Below, one piece after another: positions 52,400 to 64,000 of a stretch of 64,000 bases of DNA (the stretch's first letter is position 1; each line of letters starts with the position of its first letter). The stretch spans positions 67,270,001-67,334,000 of the forward strand of contig NC_043005.1 of NCBI RefSeq assembly GCF_006345805.1, given 5' to 3'. Origin of the DNA: Octopus sinensis. Taxonomy: Eukaryota. Position numbers and translations under genes: made by a program. The notes beneath the pieces were generated by a model that was given only the letters and a program-made list of their open reading frames with translations, was not told the DNA's origin and searched no databases.

Positions 52400-54200
52400 C
52401 AAAAATATTCTGGATATATACACATTCCTTGATTAACGAAACTACTTAAATTTAATTTATGGTATAACTCTTTCCAAGTTGAAGATTGGGTCAATTCTAT
52501 CGATAATAAACTAAACACTAAATTTATCCAGTTTGATATCTGAAGCTATTATTCCTCTATCAATCCTATCATCCTTGATAAAGCCCTGTGGTTCGTACAT
52601 AATAAAGCCGGCCTACCTCGCGTTGAAATTGATATTGTCCTGGCGGCAAGAAAATCTATCATCCAATTTTATAACAAACTTTGGATTCGTAAAGATTGAC
52701 CAAATTGCTTCGATATCCCTATGGGAAATAAGTACTCAGCACAGGTTTCGGATTTGGCCAGAATTTATATCCCATTTGAAATAGAAGACCAATTGACTAA
52801 TATATTCGGTGGTTTATATCGTGATGACTGCCTCCTTTACCTACGAAATGGCTCTAATCAAAAACTACGAAGCGAAATTTAGTATTTCCTTCGATGATGA
52901 TAGAACTGGGGTTAACTTCTTCAATTTTACCCTAAACTTAAATACAATCTTGTATTTCTCATACCAAAACCTTCAATTAACCTGAAATACATCAGCATCT
53001 TTAGCAACCACCATAACAATATCACAAAAAGTTTGTTTAAAAATATATCGCTTAGAAAATCTAAATTGCACGACAACGAAACCGTTTTCAATATTAACGC
53101 AGATTTTATAACTCAGCTTTACATAAAGTAGAATATAAGGAACAAATTACATATTATAACTAATTTGTATCTAACACTCCCTCTAATCTTCTGATTGATG
53201 GTAATTACGTTCTTGATAATAATTACAGTTGTAATAATAACAATAATTATACTATTAAAAATAACTAATTATAACATTATTAACAGTAATAAACACAATA
53301 ACAAGAGTACTTATTTTGTTCCTACCGTCGTCAATAATCCAAATAAAACCCCATTTCATCAAAATATCCATATTCCTTACCTTCGTAATCCCAAAAAACA
53401 AACAGTCAAAGGGAACTAACTAAGTCTCCTCATCCTTTTTACACTTCTTCAAGTTTTTTTAATAACAAATCTCGCAATGAATCACGCAACCATAGCAAAA
53501 GTATCCAAACAAGTAAAACTTGTCTTATTTCGACAAGCTATAGAAAGAAAATTCCCCATTAATTCAAGGTACCATTCCATTTTCAACACACACATCGTAT
53601 CAGGATAGGTTTCTCTTACACCACCAATATCTCACAAATTATATCATCACATAACATCGATACTCTAAAAGGTAATAGTGTCTCTCCTAATAGCTCTAAT
53701 AACTTTAATAATATTATCAATATTAACGATAATCTCTCCTTAAATGATAATATTAATGACATTAGATCTTGCAACTGTAGCCCAAATAAAACCTGTGTCC
53801 TAAATGGAAATGATGGCCGTATTAAAAATATCGTGCACCAATGCAAGTTTACCTCTGGAACCAAGGATTTTTCTATACTGGATTATCTGCAACGGATTTG
53901 AAATCCAGACACGCGAACCATTTTTCTACTTTCATATACAATCGTAAGCGTATTTTCACAAGAATTATTAAGCTAATCTGGCACCTTAAAGGCTCTAACA
54001 AACTTTTTACTTTAGGTTGGAAACTTTTATCCAGATCGTTCCCTTATGACAAAGGGAAATCTCTTTGTCCTCTCTGTACGGAAGAGCAATTTATTATCCC
54101 CTTTTCCAAACAGAAAACAATGAACACGTTTACGGAGCGAGATTTCAGGTGTTCACATTAGGAAAAAGAACAACTTCGCTTTTTATGAATAGCATCTACC
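52400..54200 (+). mobile_element. Near-complete but decayed Penelope-like retroelement (RT plus C-terminal GIY-YIG)
   Basis: KFIQFDI, FDIPMG, GGLYRDDCL (RT catalytic), NHHNNI, then CNCSPNKTCVLNG, KNIVHQCK, FYTGLSATDLKSRHANHF and LCPLCTEEQF. Frameshifts and stops are present. Confidence 0.85.
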
Positions 54201-54319
54201 CCGTGCCTAATAATTTTTGCAAATTATCTTTTCTTTTTATAATTATTACTTAACATAAACTTTATTTCTGCCTTCATCTTTTCTTCCCATATTTTTATCT
54301 ATCCAAGTTTGCCCGTAAC

Positions 54320-54324
54320 TTCCC

Positions 54325-54381
<57 letters not shown>
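54320..54381. repeat. (CT)n microsatellite
   Basis: Direct reading. Confidence 0.95.
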
Positions 54382-54382
<1 letters not shown>

Positions 54383-54691
54383 ATTTAACTATCTTCTCCT
54401 TTCCACTTCCCTATTTATCTATAACTTCACTGCTCTCATCATAACGGCATTTTCAAATATTAGCGTTCCCTTCACATCTTAACTTTCCATATATGAATAT
54501 GCATGTATATCTGTTTTTGTTATGTATGCGTACAAATGTATGTATGTGTTTATGTAAATATGTGTTTGAGCAAGTATGTGTTTGGGTGTATCTATACATT
54601 GGGCATGTGTATGATCTTGTGCGTATATGCGTATGTGTAAGTGTATTTATGTGTGTAACTACGTGGTCGTACACGTCTATAAATGTATGCG

Positions 54692-54723
<32 letters not shown>

Positions 54724-55029
54724 TGTTTGTATATATATGTGTGTGTGTATGTATGTGTGTTGTGAGCATATGTATGTGTGTACGTGTACGTGTGTATGTA
54801 TTTGTCCATGAGTGTATATATATATATACACTCATGGACAAACACATACATACATACATACATATATTTGCATAAGCAGCCTGTCTCCATGAAACCTGAA
54901 AGAGACGAGCTTCTTTTAAAGGCCCAAGAAACACTAAGTTGCAATTTTAAATAATGCATGTAAATGTAACCAAATGTGACGATTGTCTTTTTGTTTCCTT
55001 AGCCCACTCATACACACACACACACACGC

Positions 55030-55062
<33 letters not shown>

Positions 55063-55564
55063 TATATGTATATGTATATATAAATATATATATATATATG
55101 CATGTATGTATATACATGCATGTGTGTTTGCTTGTGCTTGTAAAATTAACTACACTGAAATTAATTTTTGAAATCTGAAACTAAGTGGTTAATACTTATG
55201 CATTATTTATCTAAAATTAATAAATACATTCATCAGCATTAAAATTCCATTAAAGGTAAATAATTTGAGAAGAATAAAATGTCATTATTCACCTTATTAA
55301 ATATATGTGTACTTTGTATATTTTGGAATTAATTAAAGTAATTATTTATATTTGAAAATTATGCATTTTCTGACAATCATTAAGACTCACTAGAAGTTAT
55401 TCTTATTAAATATCACCATTAATATTTCGATTAGCTTAAAATGGTTATATTACGTAAATGACACTACACACATCTCTAACTGAAGCTTAGATATCATACG
55501 GCCATATACGTATATATATGCATATATAAATATAAGTGTGTATGCATGTATGTATGTATGTATG

Positions 55565-55645
<81 letters not shown>

Positions 55646-55675
55646 GTATTACCTATGTATGTATGCATTTATGTA

Positions 55676-55870
55676 TGGGGAGAATTCACAAAAAACAAAA
55701 GACAAAGACAGATGGTGTAGACAATAAAAACAGACGTATTCGTATAACGTTCGGGAAGTGAAAAATTCTTTAACGGTTGGAGCCTAAGCTCTTCCAGAGA
55801 AAGGAACACCGGAAGAAAGATGGAGGGAAAATAAAGAATGTGTAGTGGCTAGCGATATGCCTGAATATGT
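55676..55870 (-). mobile_element. PLE-terminal-repeat-like fragment with degenerate hammerhead-like motif (about 55768-55803)
   Basis: Minus strand CUUU-CUCUGGA-A-GAGC-uuag-GCUC-CAACCGUU-AAAG. Shares its terminus gggagaattcacaaaaa with 41095 and abuts a TA-rich tract. Confidence 0.6.
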
Positions 55871-56204
55871 ATGGATATTTTTGTGCGCGCGCACACACAC
55901 ACACACACACAAAAAAAAACACGCTTTTATAAATACGTATATGTGTGTGTGCATGTATGTGTGTCTGTGGGGGGGGGTTCACATATGTAAACATATGGTG
56001 ATGCAAAGAAGAAAATAGAACTCAAAAGATGAGTATATATATATATTGTATTAATAACCCGCAAAACTTACGGAACCATTCAAGGACCGAAAGTTTTGTG
56101 CGTTCAAGTCGACCTCTGTTTTATCTTCCATCCTTTAGGGAACGATAAGATAAGTCCCAGTTGAATGCTGGGACAACGTATTCGAGTGTCGAATGTATTT
56201 ACAC

Positions 56205-56744
56205 ACTCTTCTATATAGTCTCATTCCGTTTTGATGCACTTGGTCCAGTGGTGCACAAACTTGCATATTTCCTCCAAGAAGAAGGCTTTGGGTTGATCAT
56301 GCAACCATTTGTGTACCGCTTCCGTCGCATCTTCTTCCGTAGGAAATCAACGGTCCTCGTAAACCGTCTTTGAGCGGTCTAAAGATATGATCGTCGCAAG
56401 TGGCGAGATATGGGTTGTAGGCAGAGTATTCCAGCACCTAAAAACCCAATTGGTTAATGGCGTCAACGGTTTGGGCGGCCGTGTGTGGTTGAGCATTGTC
56501 ATGCAACAACAAAACTTTCTTCGACAACAAGCTTCGTCGTTTGTTACCAATTGGTGGCTTCAGTTTGTTGGCCAGTAAAGCACTGTATCTTGCACTGTGA
56601 AACCCAAAATGAAAAACGCTCAAACCTCCTCGATCATGTGACCACAGAAGTACCTACAATAAGCACGCACGCGCAGAAAGCATTGTGACAAAAATAAAGA
56701 TATGTTATGGTGGGAGTGCAGATGAGTTTTGACTTACCCTCATA
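56205..56744 (-). mobile_element. Mariner remnant, catalytic C-terminal part, internally deleted
   Basis: ORF 56438-56623 contains VLLLHDNAQPHTAAQT, followed by a YNPYLATCD (YSPDLAPCD-like) motif. Terminal tatgagggtaagtcaaaa. Confidence 0.8.
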
Positions 56745-57819
56745 TATTCCCACTTGATTCATTAATCTTCCATTCCTTTGTTTCAAAGCTTGTTTTTTCC
56801 AGGTCAAACAAACCTATGGAATTAATATTATACTGTAATCCTCGTATCTAGATACTTTGATGTTTGAATCTGACCACATTATATTCTTGCACTTTTCCAT
56901 ATAGTAATCCAGTAACACTCCCGTGATGTTTACTTTGTCACGTGCTCATAAAAGTGACGTGTATATTTATAACTTCATGTATACATCCCAGCGTGAAATA
57001 TATATCCCTGTCGATGGCAAAGATGTATAGGATATGTATACTTACTTAGATACATGAACATTGATTTTTTTCACATTGTTATTCGACATCAGGTTGTTTT
57101 GCATTATCATATATATTATTAGCGCTCTAAAATTTGATTTTCTATATTTCATTGACCAATATGCTAACATCTTACAAAAATGAAGAAATTGTGTCGTTAT
57201 AACTACATAATATTTATGTCCATCTTTATAGTCGTTTCTCATGCTTATAAATATTTTTTCAATATTTGTATGCTACAGTATAACGGTTTAAGTCGCAACA
57301 TACGTAGTTAAAGTAATATAGAATATGAAATTCAATTTATTTATATTGGCATAACTTTCTGAGTCTCTTTTCCACAAATCTTTTCTATCCCTTAATAATA
57401 TACACGGTTACGTAGTCTGTTAAACAGTAACAGCTGCTAAAATACAAACAAAATTCAAAGCACACGCGATTAGCCGTGAGCTGCAGAAAATATTCAAGTC
57501 TTGGGGATTCTGCAAGCGAATGTCACGTGCGTGTAAGTCCAGGTCACCTTCAAAAGACACACAAGCAATAAAAACAAATACTGATATCTAGATAAAAATC
57601 TATAAAAAGAACGACTAATTTCCATGCTGGTTTCTTTACTATCAGAATGTTTATAAAACATTAGAAACTGAATAAATCCAAAATCATATGGTCTCTCTCA
57701 TTTTCTATATCTCCCTTTCCGTTTCACTATTGTTCTCTCTGATTCTCATTCTACTTGATTCTGAATGGAGACCACGATTGCGTATACAATTTATAATAAC
57801 TAATATTGAAGAAGCAGTT

Positions 57820-58165
57820 GGCAGGCAGTAAACTAACAGATGCGTTAGCCCGCCAGACAAAACGCTTAGCACATATCGTCCATCTTTACTGTCTGAGTTC
57901 AAACTCTGCCAGGGGTTGACTTTGCCTTCTCTCCTTTAAAGGCAGTGAGCTGGAAAAATGATTAACGCATTCCGTTCTTCTTCACTCTCTTAGTTCAAAC
58001 ATCGCTGGGGTTAAATTTAACTTTCATCCTCAAAGAATAGCAGAATTCCACCTAGATCAATTTTGCGTTTAATCCTTCGGAAGTCGATGAAATAAGTGTC
58101 TATTCAAGACTTAACCTCTGTTCTGAACTTACTTGGCTTGTGATAAAATTTGAAACTAATATTCA
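57820..58165 (+). mobile_element. Cluster of tandem or nested old SINE family A pieces
   Basis: Repeated head-like and tttcatcct/ggggtcgat-like blocks. Confidence 0.6.
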
Positions 58166-58419
58166 AATGTAACTTACTTTATACTCATTAGACACGAACA
58201 TGCAGAAACTATTTTTTAATGATGTAGAATAAATATATGATACTATATTAACTGAAATTTAATTGAACAAATATGACGCTCTGAATCACACGAGAAATTA
58301 AAGACATACACCTTTCAACAATTGTATTGCTTCCCTCCCATACATGAAAGAATGTTTACCGAGTCAGTAAACCGTTTGCACACCCACACACACACAGACA
58401 CAGACACACACACACACAC

Positions 58420-58451
<32 letters not shown>

Positions 58452-59306
58452 CATATATATAGATTAGCACACACACACACGCACATATGTATATATATAT
58501 GCGTGTGTGTGTGTGTTTGTGTATGTGTGTGTGTGTTTGTGTGTGTGAGTGTGTGTGTGAGTATGTGTGTGTATGTGTGTGTGTGTGTGGTGTGTGTGTG
58601 TGTGTGTGTGTGTATACATCCTTATATTACTTTCATTCAACAGACTTGCGGCTATTCTGATATACCTTATTTAATAATGTAGGCGATTAAATGGATACGG
58701 AATTGTATAGAGTCTACACCTTGTATTGTTTTTTCCGCTCTCTTTTTGTCTCTGTTTTACTCATTTGTTAAAACGGCAACTTGAAGCCTAGTTGGAAGTC
58801 ACCCTATAACTACACAGTTCGACAAACACAAATTAGGTGCAAATAGGTCAGCCGAAGAGGAGCATATCCATGAAACTGTTGCTTTGACGTAGACTTCCTA
58901 TTACAGTGATATAGTGGCAAAAATTGGGATTTCTGAAAACCTATTATATGCTGATCGCTTCAACAATACACCAGAATTATGAAGAGGAAATTGGTTTCAG
59001 TCACCCTTGGAAATGAATGTAAACATCAACACAGTGAAGGGCTTTTATTTCAATCAAAACTCCATTTTCCACTTATGGAGCAAATTTAAGAAACTTATAA
59101 CAGTAATGATATTAAACGCAGCTGTACTTGTCTCAATAACATCGGTTGGCATAATTAAAATGAACAGCCAGACTACTCTAATATCATCGACCAAATTAAT
59201 ACTACAATAACCCCGCAAACTCTTTCGTATTTACATACGTACAAGTGTTATAGTTACGGTTGCAGAAGGTTTGGAATCATTGTCTATGCATGCAATTTCA
59301 TTTGAG

Positions 59307-59353
<47 letters not shown>

Positions 59354-59840
59354 GCGTATTCATTAGAATTATTTTTGTCTGTGTTTAAATCTAGTATAAT
59401 TCTAAAAAGATTTATATAGAAAAATGAGCCATCTATATAGAATTTCATGTGTAATTGACACTTGTAAGGAAGATGATTTCAAAATTTAATTAAAAATACA
59501 CTTCTTCTGTTCTTCGCACAACCTACGCAGAATATTTTACTCCTATCGGTGCCCAGGTTTTTGATAAAAGCCTAATTATCCAGCCACTGAAATATCAATA
59601 ATTCCGGACTTTGTTAAATCTCTCCAAGCCGTCGTTGTTCGTGATGTATGAGATTATATGAAATTTGATTTCAGACACATCAAAGCTACTCGCGAAAACA
59701 CCAATTCTATCTTTTTTCACTCACTAAATATCATTATGATATCTATGACGACTTGTTTCAGTCCTAAGACTGCGGCCATGCTGGGGCACTGCCTTGAGAA
59801 AGATCCAGCATTCCCATCGCTAATGCTGGAAAATATACTT

Positions 59841-60252
59841 AATTGAGGTATTTTATGAAAATAATTGAGGTATATACTTAATTGAGGAATTTCATGAAAA
59901 TAATTGAGGTATATACTTAATTAAGGTATTTCATGAAAATAATTGAGGTATATACTTAATTAAGGTATTTCATGAAAATAATTGAGGTATATACTTAATG
60001 GAGGTATTTCATGAAAATAATTGAGGTATATACTTAATTGAGGTATTTCATGAAAATAATTGAGGTATATACTTAATTGAGGTATTTCATGAAAATATTT
60101 CAGGTATATACTTAATTGAGGAATTTCATGAAAATAATTGAGGTATATACTTAATTGAGGAATTTCATGAAAATAATTGAGGTATATACTTAATTGAGGT
60201 ATTTCATGAAAATAATTGAGGTATATACTTAATGGAGGTTTTTCATGAAAAC
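59841..60252. repeat. 39-bp minisatellite, about 10.5 copies
   Basis: Unit aattgaggtatttcatgaaaataattgaggtatatactt, with starts at 59841 + 39n. Confidence 0.95.
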
Positions 60253-60299
60253 GTATAGCAATTGGGTAGATAATTGCCAGCCTCACCAGCAATCTATAA

Positions 60300-61280
60300 T
60301 ATAACTTACGAATTGCATGACCTTAAGTTGGGCAACTGAATTTAGGAGGGCAAGGGAGAGAAGATAACCCGATGTCTGGACGTCACATAAAACTGCCACC
60401 ACCGATAAAAAAAAACATTGATCGTGTTCAACACATGTCGAAAGATAATAGTTGAATGACTATAAAACAAATAGTCAAAGTTATTAATATATCCCGGGAG
60501 ACAGTTGACAATATTTTGCACACTGAATGTGGCATAACGAAGGTTCATGCTCGATGAATGCCAACACTTCTGTTACCTGATCAAAAGCACACCAAGCTGA
60601 TGACAAGACGGAAAAATTTGACATTGTTTGAGGCAGATCCAGATGGTCTTCTTGAACGTATCCTAACCCGTGAAGAGTGTTAGGTTCATCACTTTAAGCT
60701 AGAGCTAATCCATGCCACTGTAATACTCCTCCTCACCTGCCCAAAAGAAAACAAAGGTCGTTTCATCTCCAGGGATGGTAACGGCCTCGATTGTTTGGTG
60801 TGCAAAAGGTTTTATGTTTGTTGACTGTCTTCAAAAGGGCCACACATACGGAGTATACTAAGCCAATAGGCTGAGGGGGCTACCAAACGCTCAGGAAAGC
60901 TGATGAAATGGAGACTTCTTTCGTTAAGGCAATACTACAACACACATGCGCTTGGTTTCAATGACAGCTAAGCGTAGCTGTTGCTTTGAACTAGTTTAAT
61001 ACCGTCCCTATTCTCCTCCATTTTGAATATCATCTGTTCGACAACATGGAATACATATGGCTGGGAACCAGTATCGCAGTGATGATGATGTCATATCTAC
61101 TGCCGATAATTTTTTAGAGAAACAGGATGAAAGCTTCTTCACGAATGGCATCCAAGCTCTGCAACACCAATGGAAAATGTGTGGAATTCAAGCGGGGTTT
61201 ATTCTGAAAAATAGCCCTCATTTGGTCACATTTCATGCGAAATTTTGGTCAGCCTATAAACTTTTCAATCCAGCCTCGTA
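60300..61280 (+). mobile_element. Decayed mariner transposon with 3' TIR
   Basis: LLLPDQKH and QYRSDDDVISTADNFLEKQDESFFTNGIQALQHQW. Ends cttttcaatccagcctcgta. Confidence 0.8.
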
Positions 61281-61321
61281 TTCATTGCATGACCAACTTC
61301 CAAAGTCACCGGACGTCATTG

Positions 61322-61378
<57 letters not shown>

Positions 61379-61484
61379 TGTGTGTGTGTGTTTGTGTGTG
61401 TGTGTATGTGTGTGTGTGAGTATGTGTGTATGCGTGTGTATGTGTGAATGTGTATGTGCATGTGTGTGTGTGGACTCATACAAG

Positions 61485-61566
<82 letters not shown>
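61322..61566. repeat. (TG)n plus (TA)n microsatellite
   Basis: Direct reading. Confidence 0.95.
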
Positions 61567-61569
<3 letters not shown>

Positions 61570-62151
61570 GTGCGTATGAATTGCGTAAGTCGAATATATA
61601 CTATGCTTAGTATACTTATAAGTCTAAATTCACGTGGTTCTAGATTACTAAACAAGCAATATTATGCCTCGGATGTGTAGAAAGAAGACATAAAATTATG
61701 TTTAAAAACGTATATATTTAAAGTAATGGGGGAAAATACGCATTTGCGATAAGACTTTACATAATTCCTTCTTTTATTTTATAATCTCTTTGTAAATATA
61801 TATCTGAAGCCAAACTATGTTTCTATACCTTAGTACTTCCATAGCAGCTAGATAAGGATAGAGCTTAAAACTAAGTTTCGAAGTCGATGAGCTGTGCCTG
61901 GATAAAGACGTTCGAGTTCATATTCATTTGTGTACTACGCTGTGCTACATACACTGAGCTTATTTTGCTTTCACCTAGTTAATCTGTATTCTCCAAGCTA
62001 CCGAGAGCTTCTTATAGTTACCACGTAATGTCGATGTTAGGGTGATATATCGGAAGATTGTAATAACTTGTCGAATCACAATTAATACTGTAGCTAAGCA
62101 AATACTTAGATGTACTTGCATAGCAAGTGATTTGATCTGAGATCGTGTGCT

Positions 62152-62338
62152 GAAACGAAAACAATTGCAGCGTGGAAGGTGCCTGTAAGCCATTTAAGAA
62201 ACACACAAAAGCCGTTCGGTCTTAAAGGGACGAAAATATTTTGACAAATTAAACTTAAATGTTGAAGTGAATCGAACGGCTTTTGTGTGTTTCTTAAATG
62301 GCTTACAAACACCTTCCACGCTTCAATTGTTTGTTTGA
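62152..62338. repeat. Fold-back structure, about 61-67 bp arms, 54-nt spacer
   Basis: 62158-62218 versus 62273-62332. Confidence 0.85.
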
Positions 62339-62544
62339 ATATATACTCTTTTTCTCATATAACAACATATATCTCATAACACCCATCACTCACACATGCA
62401 CAGATTCTTACATACATTTGCATATATACACATATGTATGTATATATGAATGCATGTATGTATGTAAGTCACGTTATAATTAATACATATAAATACATAT
62501 GTATGTATGTATGTATGTATAAATACATATGTATGTATGTATGT

Positions 62545-62964
62545 CATTATTCAGTTCTATTTCAAGATTTCTGACCAATAAAGAAAAATCTTGTTTCTAG
62601 CTTAGATCCAAGTCTCCTTTATTGGAATTTCAATATCAATAACAGGGTATCTTTGAATGCTTGCATGTATGTATGCATGTACGTACGTATACGTGAAGAT
62701 TCTTGTGGCTTATGCATATACTTGCAAATCTAGACATGCTCATATATAATTAAATGATAAACTTCTGGGAAGTTTACAGATTTTACAGTTCCAGTGATGA
62801 CTTGGATCTGTAGACTTAGAACCATCTTTCTGCTTTCTGGTTTTGGGAAGCCTAATATCTCAAGATTGGTATTTAGGCAGTCTATTACATATCCCAGTGC
62901 CACAATAGTTACAGGTATATATCTGAACTTGTAATCTGGACAGAATAGCCGCAGATTTCTCAGT
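62545..62964 (-). mobile_element. 5'-truncated Dong/R4-like (restriction-like endonuclease) LINE, 3' end
   Basis: Minus strand LRNLRLFCPDYKFRYIPVTIVALGYV...LQIQVITGTVK, resembling the P-x2-IGALG C-terminus of RLE LINEs. (TATG)n on both flanks. Confidence 0.65.
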
Positions 62965-63400
62965 ATGTATGTATGTGTGTATGTATGTATGTATGTATGT
63001 ATGTATGTATGTATGTATGTATGTAGGTAAGGTAGATACGTAGGAATGTAGGTAGATAGGTAGGTAGGTAGGTAGGTAGGTAGGTAGGTAGGTAGGTAGG
63101 TAGGTAAGTAGCTAGGTAGCTAGATATATATGTATGTATGTAGGTACGTACGTACGTAGATATCTAAGTAGGTAGGTAGTAGGTAGGTAGGTAGGTAGGC
63201 AGACAGACAGGTAGGTAGGTAAGTAGCTAGCTAGCTACCTAGCCGTCTAGCTAGCTAGATATGTATGTAGCAAGCTAGATATGTATATATGTATGTATGT
63301 AGCAAGCTAGATATGTATATATGTATGTATGCATGCATGTATGTATGTATGTATGTATGTATGTATGTATGTATGTATGTATATGCATGTATGAGTGTGT
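62964..63400. repeat. Compound tetranucleotide microsatellite (TATG)/(TAGG)/(TAGC)
   Basis: Direct reading. Confidence 0.95.
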
Positions 63401-64000
63401 TCGGTCTCCATAAAAAATATTCACGTTAGTGAGTACCATGTATACATCTTTTTAAAGATCTGTTGATTACATAGATCACTTCAAATTCCTGCCAGTTTTA
63501 ATATATTCTCTTACTGCATTTTTATATATCTTTTATCAGCATATTCTTGGTATTACGACGCTTCATTAGTAGCGTCATCATAGATAGTCTTCCATCGATC
63601 TTTTATCATTTATGTAAATTTCCTCCTCAGTTCCATTGTTCTATTTGCTGAAGACTTAACCTCAACTATTCCTGCTTATTAGGACACTATATTTTTATCA
63701 ATCATTTTGTATACGACTTACGTAATGAAATCCAATATGCATGAATTATACTATATGTATGTGTTGATTATATACGTGTGTGTTTGTATATATATATATA
63801 TATATTGGCCTGCTCGCTTAGCCAGCGGGGTGGCGTCATTCGAAGGCTAAAACAATGCGAACGCATTGTGACCAGCGATGTGTAACTACATCTGATGGAC
63901 TGGTCGTAAAAACAAAATTTTTTCTAAATATATATATATATACTTAGCTTATTTTTCCTTGGTGCTGACCAGATTGGAGCAATCTCGAGTATAACCAGCC

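Noticed and set aside
52515-52530. In-frame TGA in the PLE RT as selenocysteine
   Set aside because: It is not at a Cys-equivalent position, and the copy has many other disabling mutations.
59500-59700. Protein-like minus frames (SFDVSEIKFHII..., GWIIRLLSKTWAPIG)
   Set aside because: They are short, the splice sites are weak or conflicting, and they could not be chained confidently to the other exons.
59841-60252. CRISPR-like array
   Set aside because: Units are contiguous with no unique spacers, there are no cas genes, and the context is eukaryotic.
59960-60292. 110-aa ORF of FHEIPQLSIYLNY repeats
   Set aside because: Consequence of a 39-bp (13-codon) tandem unit. No splice or expression evidence.

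Overview
AT-rich, repeat-dense animal genomic DNA, most likely Octopus (coleoid cephalopod). This assignment comes from my recollection of its SINE, LINE and microsatellite repertoire, not from a database search. The window is mostly intron-like sequence filled with microsatellites, two related tRNA-derived SINE families, CR1-like and Dong/R4-like LINE remnants, at least seven Penelope-like (PLE; RT and/or GIY-YIG) remnants, several decayed mariner and DD37D/maT transposons, fold-back elements and a 39-bp minisatellite. Almost all ORFs in the supplied track are microsatellite or transposon artefacts. Two signals stand out. (1) A set of hammerhead-ribozyme motifs, including a non-coding, (TA)n-embedded element at 4329-4981 with two tandem hammerhead-like motifs 239 nt apart plus an inverted third copy (retrozyme-like), and a complete type I hammerhead with a long stem II at 24139-24220. 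(2) A phase-compatible chain of five candidate minus-strand exons (48338 to 17201) encoding the C-terminus of a protein I do not recognise. All translations, alignments and folds were done by eye.
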